Positions 22,924-36,269 of a stretch of DNA of 64,000 nucleotides are shown in pieces. How positions within the stretch are numbered: position 1 is the first letter of the stretch; each line of letters begins with the position of its first letter. The position numbers and the translations under genes were made by a program. Source of the DNA: Raja brachyura (lineage: Eukaryota); contig OY740789.1 of assembly GCA_963514005.1 (NCBI GenBank), forward strand, positions 25,172,001 through 25,236,000, in the 5' to 3' direction. Under the pieces are notes generated by a model, which was not told where the DNA came from, did not search any database, and saw nothing but the letters and a program-made list of their open reading frames with translations.

Positions 22924-25344
22924 TTAAGAATTCAATCAACTTTATTACTTCCATGATGCTTTTCTAAAGTAAGCACACTTCTGCCTATCAATAAATTGTA
23001 AAAAAAATATATAATCTGTTCATCTACAAAACAAAGGTTACTAACATTATCTGCAATGTGGCTAAGAAACATAAATAAAACACAAAATGCATGTTTATGG
23101 GACTGATCCATAGAAACCACAATATTAACTTCACCTGCACACAGCATTGCCTCGGGAAAGCAGCCAACATAATCAAGAACCACTCACACGCCAATCATTT
23201 CCTCTTTCCCTTCTGCACAAAGCCAGATTCAAGAACAACTTATTTCCTGCTGTTATTCGCCTCATAAGCTAGAGGTAGTCCTGATCTTCCACATGGTCTC
23301 ATTGTGGCCCTCGCACTTTGTTTTACCTGCAATTTCTCAGCAGCCGCAACACTATATTCTGTTTCCCTCCTCTTTCTCTGTTGTAGCTACATGTGATTAG
23401 GTTGTAATTATGTATGGATGTGTCACTTGGAGAGCTTGCAAAAACAAAACTTTTCACTGTTTCTCAGTACACATGACAATAATAAACCAACTAACCAGCA
23501 ACAGACAGTGAATGGAAAGTGCACATATTAATGACTGTTGATGCTCTCAACTTAAATATGCAAGCCTAATTTCCAAGGGTGAAGAGAGTGTTCAACCAGA
23601 AGACCAATTTCACCATCTCATTACATGATCTCCATTGTTAGAATATCGTTAAAGTATGTTTTTGTAGTCATAAGGTCACAAGTGCCATAAGTGATAGGAG
23701 CAGAATTAGACCATTCTGGCCATCAAGTTTACCATTCAATCATGGCTGATCCATCTCTTCCTCCTAAACCCATTCTCCTGCCTTCTCCCCATAACCCCTG
23801 TACTAATCAAGAATCTATCTATCTCTGCTGTAAAAAATATCCATTGGCTTGGCCTTCACAGCCTTCTGTGGCAAAGAATTCCACAGATTCACCACCCATG
23901 GTCCAGTCATGAAAGGTATACAAGTACTTCTTACTGAGGTTTCCAAGAATGTTTCCTTAACCAATATGCAAGGCTAGAAGTGAGAAGAAAAATGATATCC
24001 TGCAGCATCTTCTGTTTCATTTCCTGCTAATTGCACTTTCAACAGTTTCTAAACCAATCCAAATCAGCAACCCTACGCTCCTGAGAGGAACATAAATCCA
24101 GTGTGTTTTTGGGACCAGAGCCACAATATGAGTGAATACCTTTCTCAAAATAAACAACCTAATTAATATCTTTCACTTGTAGAATTTTTAACACACAAAG
24201 AAATCAATTCTTTATCGAGGTAAATGGTCACTGGTCGTCAGATTCTTGTTACCGACCACATTTTCCAATGAAAGATAAATTATTAGGTGAAACGATCAAA
24301 TGATGTTTGGATCCAATAATATTGTGAAAGAAAGAGGTTATTGCTTTTAAAAATATGGAATTTTGGAATAATTACAAAGGCATTTTAGCCTATATGTTAA
24401 CATGTCGCGCATTGGAATTAAAGCAACAAAATAATACTGTATTTTGTGTAAGACTGTTGAATGTCCACGTCTCGCTTTCTGCCACACTCTCCAAACGGTA
24501 AGAGACATGAGGGACTGCAGGTGCTGTAACATGGAGCAAAAAAACAAACTGTGGGAACTCACATGAGTTAACCCGTTGAGTTCCTTCAGCCGTTTTTATT
24601 TGCTCCAACCAACAGGAATTAGGTTGAACATCTTTTTAAGAGTGCATTTACGGACAGACTCCAGTGCCATTGAAGCCTGGAATGAAATGTTGGGCACTTC
24701 AATTAAATCAAGATAATTGGAAAGTGTGTTGAAACAATTTTCACTGCTGGTAAATTTTACACTCAGCTGCATGCATTTTGAGTACCATTATATCCATACG
24801 CACAAATTTACACTCTCTCACACAGACAGGCAATTATGATATAATGTTTAGATATTCAAGGTATCTGAGACCAAGCAAATCAGGGTGCCCTTTGGCAGAG
24901 TCAATATTAATTAATTTCCTTGTCCCAAAGTGAACTTATGAATAAGCTGTAATCAGTCCATACATTTGGTGTAGGCTAATTTTCCCTCTCCCACTCCCCA
25001 CAAGGAAATATCTTAATCCATTCCATATGCTACCATTGATGATTGAGTTATAAGCTGCTGACAATGAAAACTGTGTATATTTTCTGTGGTACATTAGAAA
25101 ACACATCCACATTGATAAGACATCATCGTCTTTATGATCCAACATGAAATAGGAGATAGACAAAAAATGCGAAAGAACTCAGCAGGTGAGGCAGCATCCA
25201 TGGAGAGAAGGAATAGGCGACATTTCGGGTCAAGAACCTTCTTCAGTCTGAACCCGCTGAGTTTCTCCAGCATTTTATATCTACCTTCGATTTTTCCAGC
25301 ATCTGCGGTTCTTTCTTAAACACAACGTGAAATAGGAATTCTTT

Positions 25345-25990
25345 CAATCTCAATACAATACAATAGTACTTTATTAGTCAAGTATGTTTTGCAACATACA
25401 AAGAATTTCATTTGCCAAGTCAGTCATACAAATAAAAAGCAACAGAACACACAAAATACATTTTTACATAAACATTCACCACAGTGACACTTCCACATTC
25501 CTCACTGTGTTGGAAGGCGAAAAAAAGTTAAATCTCTTCACTTCTTTGTCCTCCAGTGGTCAGGAGCCTCGAGCCTTCCACTGATGGGACAATCTTACTC
25601 CCATAGCAGGAGGTCGGGCCTTCCGCGTTGGGGCAATCAAGCTCCTGAAACAGGGGCAATATCAGCTCCCTGCGCTGAGCGATCCGACCCCGGGTCGGCA
25701 CTTGTCAAACATTCTGCATCGTTGGAGCTCCCAACCTCTACAGTCTCTACTCGAGACTGCGAGCACTCAATGGTAAAGTCCGCAGGCCGGTTGGAGCGAT
25801 CCCAGGCGGGAAGGTTCAAAGTTAGTCCCGAGCGAGGCCTCCAGCTCCATGACGTCAAGCCGCAGAGCGACTGGAGATACGATCCGAAAAAAAATCGCAT
25901 CTCCGGCAGGGTAAGAAATTTTAAAAAAGTTTCCCCCAACTCCCACCCCCTCCCGCCACATAAAACAAACCAGAGAACATTTACACAAAC
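25345..25990 (-). mobile_element. Relative of the 10795-12030 element
   Basis: Shares GGAGATGCGATT..GTATCTCC and the 3' stem-loop. (CAATA)n tail on +. Confidence 0.6.
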
Positions 25991-26641
25991 TTTACTTTAC
26001 TCAAACATAACTCAAGCAGTACATTCTGCAGTGAATAAATACACTTTAGTTTAGTTTGGTGTTACAGAGTGGAAACGGTTACAGCAGTGATACAGCCCAC
26101 TGACTCTATGCCAACCAGTGATCGCCGCTATAGGACATGAATAGGACTCGCCGCTAACACTATCCTATCATACACAGTAGGGATAAGTTACAATTTACCA
26201 AGCCAATTAGCCTACAAATCTGTACGTCTTGAGTGTGGAAAGAAACCGGAGCTCCCGGAGAAAACCCACACAAGACACGAGGCGAACATGCAAACTCTGT
26301 ACAGACAGCACTCGTAGCCAGCAACGAACCCGGGTCTTTGGTGCTGTAAGGCAGCAACTCTATCGCTGTGCCACTGGGCAGCCCATTGTGAGCCTTCTGT
26401 TGAGATAAACCAAACTGAAAATTGCAGTTGTGGGTATAGTGTGTAAATCAGTGGGCCTTGTACATAAATGTGTCCTTCATGTTTCAAAGTGTTGTCACCA
26501 AGATGTCAAAAAGACAAATCTGGGATTTGCTGGAGGTTTCACCGTAATATATACATGTTCCAGAATTTTGTTTACAGGCAAGTAAAAGACATTATAAAAT
26601 GTCAATACATTTTCTAAGAGAATTACATTTTTACAGTAACA

Positions 26642-28592
26642 CTAGACCAACACTAGATCAAAGCATGGTTGCACGAGGGGGGGGGGGGGGGGGGCAGCTT
26701 GCTGCATCATACAAACACTAACCACCCCACACACACAAACCACCCCCCTTGATATTATATTAATACAAGACCCATAGGGCCCAGCTTCACATGGGAGGGC
26801 TGGTCCCCCAATGCATTATTCCACCTCTCCACCAATTCCAATATTGCTGGCCAGTGGGGGGGGGACTTTCTGGAGTGCTAGTATGGGTGTTGTAGGCCGA
26901 AGGGACTGGTTTCCAGACCACGTAAAACCACATAAAGGGCACTCGTAGTTCAATAGACACTCAGTGTTATGTATATTCCCATCTCACACTGAAAGTCATG
27001 GCTTCTCCCTCGCCGTCTTGCAGCAACTGAACTATGTCCAAACTTATAGTTTTCCAGGTTTTATAGTCCCTCCCTCCATCCCCCGGAAGGGGTATGGCCT
27101 TCAGCGAGGTGATTGACAGGAGAGAGAATCTCAAGATTTTTAAAACACTAATAACCTTTTTATTTTTCATCGATAGGAAAAATCCTCGGAGCCTGATCAT
27201 CAGAGGAGGACCCTGAGTAAGGGCCATATATGGTAGCGTTTTTTCTAAATTCAAACAACAGTGCAAACAGGAAGCGGTCATGATGAGCCTTTTAATTAGG
27301 TAGATTACTTGCCTCCTTTTACCCCATCCCCGCTCTATCCACTGACGCATAGCCCCCACCTCGCAGGGGCATCTAGAGAGGGGGGGTAGAGAGAGGGCAG
27401 AGAGAGAGGGGGCAGAGAAAGAGTGAGAGGGAGAGGGGGTGGAGGGAGAGGGGGAGAGGGGGGAGGGAAGGGGAGAGCAGATGGAGAGGTGGGGGTGGAG
27501 ATGGGGGAGGGGGAGAGGAGGGGGGAAGAGGAGGGAGGNNNNNNNNNNNNNNNNNNNNNNNNNNNNNNNNNNNNNNNNNNNNNNNNNNNNNNNNNNNNNN
27601 NNNNNNNNNNNNNNNNNNNNNNNNNNNNNNNNNNNNNNNNNNNNNNNNNNNNNNNNNNNNNNNNNNNNNNNNNNNNNNNNNNNGGAAGGTGGAGGGGGAG
27701 AGGGGAGGAGGAGAGGGGGGAGAAGGGAGGGGGAGAGAGGGGGGTGGAGAGGGGGAGGGGGAGAGGAAGGGGTGAGGAGGGAGGAGAGGTTAGGGGAGAG
27801 GAGGATGGAGAGAAGAGGGGAGGAGAGGGCAGAGGGGGTTGGGGGATGGGGAGAGGAGGAGAAGAAGGTGGAGGGGTAGTGGGTGGGAGGTGGTGAGGGG
27901 GGAGAGTGGGTAGAGAGAGAGAGGAGAGAGGGAGGAGAGGAGAGAGAGCGGGAGGGGGAAAGGGAGAGTGGGGGGACAGAGAGGGGGAAGGAGGGAGAGG
28001 AGGGGGAGAGGGGGGAGTGGGGGAGAGGAGGAAAAGGGGGAGAGGAATGGGGCGAGAGGGGAGAGGAGGGGGGATAGAGGTGGGGGGAGTGGGGGAGAGG
28101 AGTAGGGAGGGGGGAGAGGTGGCCTCGGATGCCCAACCAAATTACTGCATGTTCAGTGGCTTCAATCTAGCCCTGAGGGGGGTGGGGGTGGGGGTGGGGG
28201 TGGGGGTGGGGGTGGGGGGAGGGTGGCTGGGCTGCAGGGCGGAGCGGAGTGGAGCAAACAGCCGGGCGACTGCAAATCGACTGCGAGTTGGGGGAGGGGG
28301 GGTTAACATAACTCTCAGCGCATGCAAAAACAGTTCCCAGCAGGCTGCATTTCGAAAACTGTGCGTAGCTGGCTGCGAGGAGCAGAGGATTGTGACATCA
28401 TCAGCTCGTCAGATTTTTTAAAATGCCGATTTGTGAACAATTTCAATTAAAAACCCAAGAAATAATTAATCAAATTTTCAGATGAGGCGATTTTTGAGAT
28501 CATGAGGTAAATCTCTATCGGAATATGTAAAAATGTCACCGTTAGCGTGTCGTGTTTTCGAGGAGATGTGAATCACAGAAAAACACACAAAT

Positions 28593-28648
<56 letters not shown>

Positions 28649-28689
28649 GTACATCCACATCCAAGATCAGAGTTTTATAAGTATATAGA
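26642..28689 (-). mobile_element. Composite non-autonomous Helitron
   Basis: On -: 5' A|TCTATATACTTATAAAA at 28689, internal second 5' end TCTACCTAATTAAAAG at 27304, and 3' CTAG|T at 26642. Contains (CA)n, a G-rich tract and an N gap (27539-27683). Confidence 0.68.
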
Positions 28690-31600
28690 TATTGCTTTTT
28701 GCTCTTCTTTACAGTAAAGAGGAGTAAAAAGCAATATCTATATACTTATTAAAGGCCAGGTACTCTGATATGCTGGACTATGGCTTTTCATCATAACAAC
28801 TTGGGACATTACTGCTGCAAACAAGTTGCTGGTGTCATGAAACTCACCAGTTGTATTATAACTTATTTTCTTTAAGAAAATATAACCTTTAAGAAACATT
28901 TCGACGGGTACATGGATAGGACAGGTTTGGATAAACTCAGTCAGGACTAATGTAAATTATATCCAAACTAATTTCATAAAACATTTTGAAACTGTGTGCA
29001 TTCATCTTCCTAGTTAATCAAATTACTCTAACTAATAGGTGATCTTATAGACTTGTACAAAATAGTGAAAGGAATAGATCAAGTAGACACAAATAGATCA
29101 AGAGTGAGTCTCTTGCCCAGTTTAGGGGAATCAAGAAGCAGAGGACAAAGGTTGAAGGTGAGGGGGGAAAGATTTAATAGGTACTTGATGGGTACTTTTT
29201 TCATACAGAGGGTGGTGGGTGCAGGAGGAGGTAGTTGAAACTGATAGCATCGCAACCTTTAAGAAACATTTCGACGGGTACATGGATGGGACAGGTTTGG
29301 ATAAACTCAGTCAGGACTAATGTAAATGGGACACATTGGTTCGTATGGGCAAGTTGGTCTCCCTTTAAAATCACATTTTTAGATAATCCTGTTGCTTCTA
29401 TGCAGCTTCTATTCCGCCGATGTTTACATTTATTTTGTTGTGTAAATATTATTATCCGCCTGGAAATCTCCAAGAAAATATCTGCACACACTAATGGAAC
29501 ACCATGAGAGTTAAAGGAAATCCAGAGATAATGAGGTCAGTGCATGAAAGTGGCACAGAGGTTAAAAAAAAAGTCAGTCATTATCTCATAGCAGGCTTTT
29601 TCTCATTTTCTCTCAGGTTCAATTCATTATGACAGTACTAGAAGAAAAAAAACAGTGCCCTTAGCCACTGTCACCATTTAGTGTTAAATGGCAACAAAAA
29701 CATGTTTGTATCAATTAACAAATAAAGAAAGTGTTACAACACCGGAAAAGAATTGCATCTCCTCAGATATTCATCTACAAGCGTTTTATAAAATCCAGAT
29801 TATCGTTTCACCACTTACACATTTTCAACTATAAGACTGGAAGAATTAATATGGAAACAAGGAACTACAGATACCTGTTAATCCACAAAAGGACACAAAG
29901 TACTGGAGTAACTTTGAAGGTCAAGCAGCAAGACCCTCGACTAAAATTGTCACCTGTCCATGCTCTCCAGAGAGGCTGCATGACCTATTGCAACATTGTG
30001 CAAGACAAGAAGTATTGATTGGTTTAGAAAATACATAGTTTATGCTTTGAGATAAGACATCAATCCAAAAACATATTAGAAATTCAATCTGATGGAGAAA
30101 TTACTACAATCAGTCTGAAGAAGAGCCCTGAACTGAAAGTTGCCTAGCCATTCCCTCCACAGTTGCTGCCTGGCCCTTGAGTTATTCCAACAGATTGTGT
30201 TTTGCTCAAGATTCCAGCATCTGCAGTTTTTTGTGTAGCTAGAAAAATGATACCTTGTTGATAATTGGAATTGCATGATTGTTACTGCAATAAATACTAT
30301 GAGACCGTAGATCTCTGGCTTTCTAGATGTGGTTTTACATTTTTTTAATGTTATATCTTACATAAATTATTGACCGTCACGGTTTGACATGAGGCCAAGC
30401 AGGTGTAATTTATATTAACATCAGATTCCAAAAACAAATTGCCAAAGTGCATGACAAGTCCTCTATGAGCAACCATATCAGTATAATGAACTCGCTAGCA
30501 CTGGCTGGCATTCAAGAATGGAAAGTAGAGAAACAGAATACTTTGCACGTATCGTTCAATAGATGGACAGTGAATGCAAGGGGATGAATTACTAATTGGT
30601 GAAAGACTTGCTATCACTTTGGGTCTATGCACATGTATAATTGAGATGATTGATCCAAAACCAGACTGGAAATATTATACACAGACAACAACAAATCTCT
30701 CAAGGCGTTAACAATGCAAAAACTAGGTTGTTCAGAAATAGCATTACCACCAAGGCTGCAGTGTTGGCCTCCCTTAATTTGGAAGTAGTTTAGAAAGCAT
30801 CCCTGAATCTTTCTGGGGCATATTTGAAATAAGCATTTGGTGAATGTGTGATCACAAGGAACAGAGAATTGTATATAAATTAAAATATTTTCATTAGCAA
30901 CTGCTGGTATTTCATTGATGCCATTTTAGTCACATTAATTGATTTTCGGAGTAGATATTTATATTATCATTTCATGATGCAGGTAAATATACTTCATGTG
31001 TACTTCCCCGTCCAAGATCTAACCTCATTCATTAACCAACTTAGTTAAGTTATTGCAACAATGAACATGCAGTCAAAAACTGTAAACTAAGAGTTAAAGT
31101 TTCATGTTACTTTTGCAAATATGCTGAGATGGCAAGCTCAATGTTATTGCCATTCAGAATGGGTGATTTAAAAAAAAAGAAATATGAATGCAGAACCAAA
31201 TCGTAAGATATAAAATCTGGAACAAATTTCTATATGAAATGCAAATCTGGAGACGATTTTTCAAAAACCTAAGCACAGTAAATTCCAAATTGTGCAAATC
31301 TGGATACAATTTTTGTGTGTAGAATATTAATTCTGTATTTTAATATAAAATTGCCTAGCAAATAAAATTGCCTCCTCATGTAGCTCATCAAAGCCAGAGA
31401 TTCAAAAGGTGATTCATCTAGATGGAGGTATTTCAATAACTTTAGTGGAAAATTATTAAAACACTGCAGAAGTGGTGGAGGCTGTGCTTTTAAGTCTTCC
31501 TGCTATTTGTCTGTGGTCTCTGGCTCCATTCCTCTGCCTAACAACCATCTGAAGCTGAGCCAGACCATTTGCAGCGTTGACCTCAGGGCAAATTTCTGAC

Positions 31601-32550
31601 CACTGCCACACATCCTCACTAGAATTATCTAATTGATCCTGTGTTCAAAAAACATTTTTACTCCACTCCTGTTTCAGACCACCAAAACTGAAAGCCTTAA
31701 CCATGCTTATTACGATTCAATTTAAACAGCAGACTACATATATGCTGTCCCTATTCTAACATGTTTTGTTCTGCTTATCCAATATTTCTGTTTATGACAA
31801 TTTTCACTGAAGTCGAATTAAGCAATGCCTCAATTTTAAAATTAACATTCTTGTTCTTAAATCTCTTCATGGTTTTGTTCTGACACATCTCTGTAATACC
31901 CTGCAAGATATCTTTGCTTCTCTAGTTGTGGCATCTCGTATATTTTCAATTCAATCAATGTTCCATTGGCCACTACAAATTCTCTTGCCCAAACTTCAAG
32001 CTCTGAAATTCCTTCTCAAACCTTTGCATCACTATTTCTCTTCCCTTCTTTAAATTGCCCTTTGAAACCTGTTTTTGACCAATTTTTGGAGCTAAAATCA
32101 TCTCCTGATGCTCAGTGTCAAATAGCATACTTTGATAGCATATTAAGATATCCACGTAAGGAGAGCTGAGGATTCAGCATGAATGCAAGCAGCAATTATG
32201 CCAATCGTCCTCTCAGAAAACCTTACGGAATATTCTTCTGTCTCGGTTATCACTTCTCATCCTCCTTATCTTTCAGAACTACATTGTGTTTTCTTTTGAG
32301 TGAAAGCAAACAAATTCAGCGACATTTAAATAATACTTCCTCTAAAAACTCAGACTGGAGGCATGTGTGCCTCAAGGATTGGTGCTGGGCCCATTGCCAT
32401 TTGTCATTCATATCAACAATTTGGATGAGAATGGCAAAGGCAGGATTAGCAAATAGCACTAAAATAGCTGGTATTTTAGAAGTGAAAATGATTATCACAA
32501 ATTACAGCAGGATCTTGATCAGCTGGACAAGTGGGCAGAGGAATGGCAAA

Positions 32551-33029
32551 TCTATATAACTAAAAGTCTCATCTTCAGCACTTCCTGTCTGCACTGTATA
32601 TTGATTTTAGAAAAAAACACGACCATATAATACTATGATTTTTGGCCATCCTACTCACAGTCCTCCGCTGAGGAAACTCTGAGGATTTTTCTGAAAATAA
32701 AAAAGTTATGAATGTTTAAAAAATCTTGAGATCAGCTGATTGATCCTCTTGCCTGTCAATCACCATGATGAAGGTAAAGCTCCTTCTGGGGGGGGGGGGG
32801 TAGGACTATAAAACCCCGGATGCCTAGATGTGAGTCTGTCGCTCTGGAAGATTGCGAGGGAGAGGCCACAACTGTGATTCTGCTGTGTCAACTGAACTGT
32901 TTGTCTACTGAACTGTGAGGCTGCAATGTACTTTACTTAAATGATTTGTTAGCCCTTAATGAAAATAAAATGAGTTATTTGGCCTGCCCTGTGCTTGAAA
33001 CTGAAATGGCAATGGAAATGAAATGAAAT
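32551..33029 (+). mobile_element. Helitron 5' portion (runs into assembly gap)
   Basis: A|TCTATATAACTAAAAG abutting a CR1 RT fragment. Homologous to the reverse complement of 27040-27304. Confidence 0.65.
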
Positions 33030-33229
33030 NNNNNNNNNNNNNNNNNNNNNNNNNNNNNNNNNNNNNNNNNNNNNNNNNNNNNNNNNNNNNNNNNNNNNNN
33101 NNNNNNNNNNNNNNNNNNNNNNNNNNNNNNNNNNNNNNNNNNNNNNNNNNNNNNNNNNNNNNNNNNNNNNNNNNNNNNNNNNNNNNNNNNNNNNNNNNNN
33201 NNNNNNNNNNNNNNNNNNNNNNNNNNNNN

Positions 33230-34640
33230 AAGAGAGGGGGGGGGGGGAGGGAGAGGAGGGGGGGGGGAGAGGAGGAGGGGGGGGAGAGGAGGGGGGGGAG
33301 AGGAGGGGGGGGAGAGAGGAGGGGGGGGGGGGAGAGGAGGGGGGGGGGGGAGAGGAGGGGGGGGGGAGAGGAGGGGGGGGGAGAGGAGGGGGGGGGAGAG
33401 GAGGGGGGGGAGAGGAGGGGGGGGGAGAGGAGGGGGGGGGAGAGGAGGGGGGGGGAGAGGAGGGGGGGGGAGAGGAGGGGGGGGGGGGAGAGGGAGGGGG
33501 GGGGGGAGAGGAGGGGGGGGGGGGAGAGGAGGGGGGGGAGAGGAGGGGGGGGGAGAGGAGGGGGGGGGAGAGGAGGGGGGGGGGGAGAGGAGGGGGGGGG
33601 GGGAGAGGAGGGGGGGGGGAGAGGAGGGGGGGGGGGAGAGGAGGGGGGGGGAGAGGAGGGGGGGGGGAGAGGAGGGGGGGGGGAGAGGAGGGGGGGGGGA
33701 GAGGAGGGGGGGGGGAGAGGAGGGGGGGGGGAGAGGAGGGGGGGGGAGAGGAGGGGGGGGGAGAGGAGGGGGGGGGGAGAGGAGGGGGGGGGAGAGGAGG
33801 GGGGGGGAGAGGAGGGGGGGGGAGAGGAGGGGGGGGGAGAGGAGGGGGGGGAGAGGAGGGGGGGAGAGGAGGGGGGGAGAGGAGGGGGGGGGGAGGAGGG
33901 GGGGGGGAGGAGGGGGGGGGGAGGAGGGGGGGGGGAGGAGGGGGGGGGGGGAGAGGAGGGGGGGGGAGGAGGGGGGGGGGAGGAGGGGGGGGGGAGGAGG
34001 GGGGGGAGAGAAGGGGGGGGGGAGAGAAGGGGGGGGGAGAAGGGGGGGGGAGAAGGGGGGGGGAGAGGGGGGGGGAGAGGGGGGGGGGAGAGGGGGGGGG
34101 GAGAGGGGGGGGGGAGAGGGGGGGGGGAGAGGGGGGGGGGAGAGGGGGGGGAGGAGGGGGGGGGAGGGGGGGGGGAGGGGGGGGGAGGGGGGGGGAGAGG
34201 GGGGGGGAGAGGGGGGGGGAGAGGGGGGGGGAGAGGGGGGGGGGAGAGGGGGGGGGGAGAGGGGGGGGGGGAGAGGGGGGGGGGGAGAGGGGGGGGGAGA
34301 GGGGGGGGGAGGGGGGGGGAGAGGGGGGGGGAGAGGGGGGGGGGAGAGGGGGGGGAGGGGGGGGGAGAGGGGGGGGGAGAGGGGGGGGGAGAGGGGGGGG
34401 GGAGAGGGGGGGGGAGAGGGGGGGGAGAGGGGGGGGGAGAGGGGGGGGGAGAGGGGGGGGGAGAGGGGGGGGGAGAGGGGGGGGGAGAGGGGGGGGGAGA
34501 GGGGGGGGGAGAGGGGGGGGAGAGGGGGGGGGAGAGAGGGGGGGGGAGGGGGGGGGGGAGGGGGGGGGGGAGGGGGGGGGGAGGGGGGGGAAGAGGGGAG
34601 AAAGGGGAGAAAGGGGAGAAAGGGGAGAAAGGGGAGAAAG
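33230..34640. repeat. Polypurine (G6-10 AGAGGA / GnAGA)n tandem array next to N gap 33030-33229
   Basis: Almost pure G/A with a repeating ~11-15 nt unit. Confidence 0.95.
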
Positions 34641-35052
34641 GGGTGGAGGAGTGGAAACACTTTTAAGAAGCCAGACAACTTTTAATAAAGTTTAGCGGGC
34701 TTTACCGGTTGGTTGGTTCTGAAAACTCCAATGCGCCAATTAAAATGCCCGGTCAGCAAAGTAGATTGCCTACGGCTACCTCGACTGCATATAACTACAT
34801 AGCGACCCCACTCCACTGCACTACGAGTTCAAAAGAACCATGCTGACCAATTTTAACTCTCAGAAAATTTTTCAGCATACAGAAAAATTTTCCTCGACCA
34901 AACTGAGCCCGCGAGAATGCGGGAACTTCCCTAGAGCAGGAAGGAGAGTTCCAGTGACCTCCTAGGACCACGTGTCGACCATGCTGCGAGTTTGAATTGA
35001 GCGCAAACTCTTCTAAACTCGCAAATTAGGTCCCCGCAGTGGGACAGGCCCT
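34641..35052. mobile_element. Right end of a second Harbinger-family element
   Basis: Ends GTGGGACAGGCCCT|TAA, the same terminal motif as 21796-22923. The left end is not visible. Confidence 0.7.
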
Positions 35053-35116
35053 TAATTGCTTGTCAGTCAATGTATTAAACATGGATGCAGCACAACAAAA
35101 GTGCATCACTTATTAC

Positions 35117-35169
35117 CTTTCCAGGTGTCTTGAAGGCACAAAACCCAAGGTCTTCATAGGATGTCAGTG
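35117..35169 (-). CDS. SLC38A6: SLC38A6 exon 4 (53 bp)
   Basis: Acceptor gatag, donor gtaata. Encodes (A)LTSYEDLGFCAFKTPGK, the SLC38 SYEDLG motif. Confidence 0.92.
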
Positions 35170-35451
35170 CTATCAATATATAAAGTAGATATAATTAGTG
35201 GAACTGGGCTCGCTGTTTACAACCCAAGTTCATGAACATAATTAAACTCTTTACTTTTTAGTTCTTTTTAACAACTGGAACACTGCACATGCATCTAATG
35301 GAATAGAATATTGAGCATTATTAATTAATTGAACTATGACATCGGATAATTCAAAATGAAGGTATTTCTTTAGGCAACATTGTTTTGACCCTTTTGAGAG
35401 CACCCGAGTGCATACAACTAACAGAATGTACAAGTTTGGTCTTTCACTCAC

Positions 35452-35525
35452 CAGTCTGTTGACATAACTCCAGTAGCAGATGAATCGAATATGCAGCCAG
35501 GAAAGCAACTATCAGCAAGAGAACA
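35452..35525 (-). CDS. SLC38A6: SLC38A6 exon 3 (74 bp)
   Basis: Acceptor ttcttgcag, donor gtgagt. Encodes (S)VLLLIVAFLAAYSIHLLLELCQQT. Confidence 0.92.
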
Positions 35526-36269
35526 CTGCAAGAACAAAACATTAAATACACAACAACACATATATGTAACACTTTACCTGTAATAAAATTAACTATTGTA
35601 GTTAACAAAGCACATAACCCCTAAATTTTACTAAAAATTTGTTAGCAAATGTTCTGTAGTTACACTCATGTAGAACAAACCATTCTTGATTTATAATTTA
35701 ATGCAAACAAATTTGAGTAGACCATTAACCATTTGGTGTTCCAACAAGTGTGCTGGTTTCTATCTACACATGTATCATTGCTATCAGACCTTTATAGTTC
35801 TCTCGGTAATATTCTCATCCCATTTGGTTCAATTGTAAATTTTATTCCCGAGATTCTATATTGCAGCTGGCATGGAAATGCAGTGGTAAGGTGCTGCGCC
35901 GTTGAATTAAAAAGGTGCAGACAATCTGTGCGGGTGTGCAAAGATCACCCTTGGAGATCACCTCAGGCGTATAAAGACACTCGCCTCAGGCGTATAAAGA
36001 CACTGCTCCTCGCCTCCCTCACAGAACAACTGACTTCACTCACCGACTCTGGGGCCAACAGGGAGCAGCCTCCCACCTAAGAAATGTGGGAAATTGGTCT
36101 GCAATTTCCCATCTCCAACAATAGCCCTGAAACGAAGCACCCCAAAGTTTTATTCATAACAGCCAGGAACTTCAACCATGCAGTACTCAAGATTGTGTTA
36201 CCAAAATGCTATCAGCACTCCTCCTGTCCCACCAGAGTCCCATGATGCCCTTGACCACTGCCATACAAC

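Noticed and set aside
26967-28421. Long Pro/Ser-rich and Gly/Glu-rich ORFs
   Set aside because: Low-complexity sequence within a Helitron, spanning Ns.
30250-30302. Possible SLC38A6 exon 5 (VFIAVTIMQ...)
   Set aside because: Lacks QNIG, and the acceptor phase does not fit.
32975-34678. 567-aa Pro-rich and 547-aa Gly-rich ORFs
   Set aside because: Translations of a polypurine tract and an N gap.
35961-36004. Tandem duplication of CCTCAGGCGTATAAAGACACT with TATAAA
   Set aside because: A simple two-copy duplication within a LINE remnant, with no support for a promoter.
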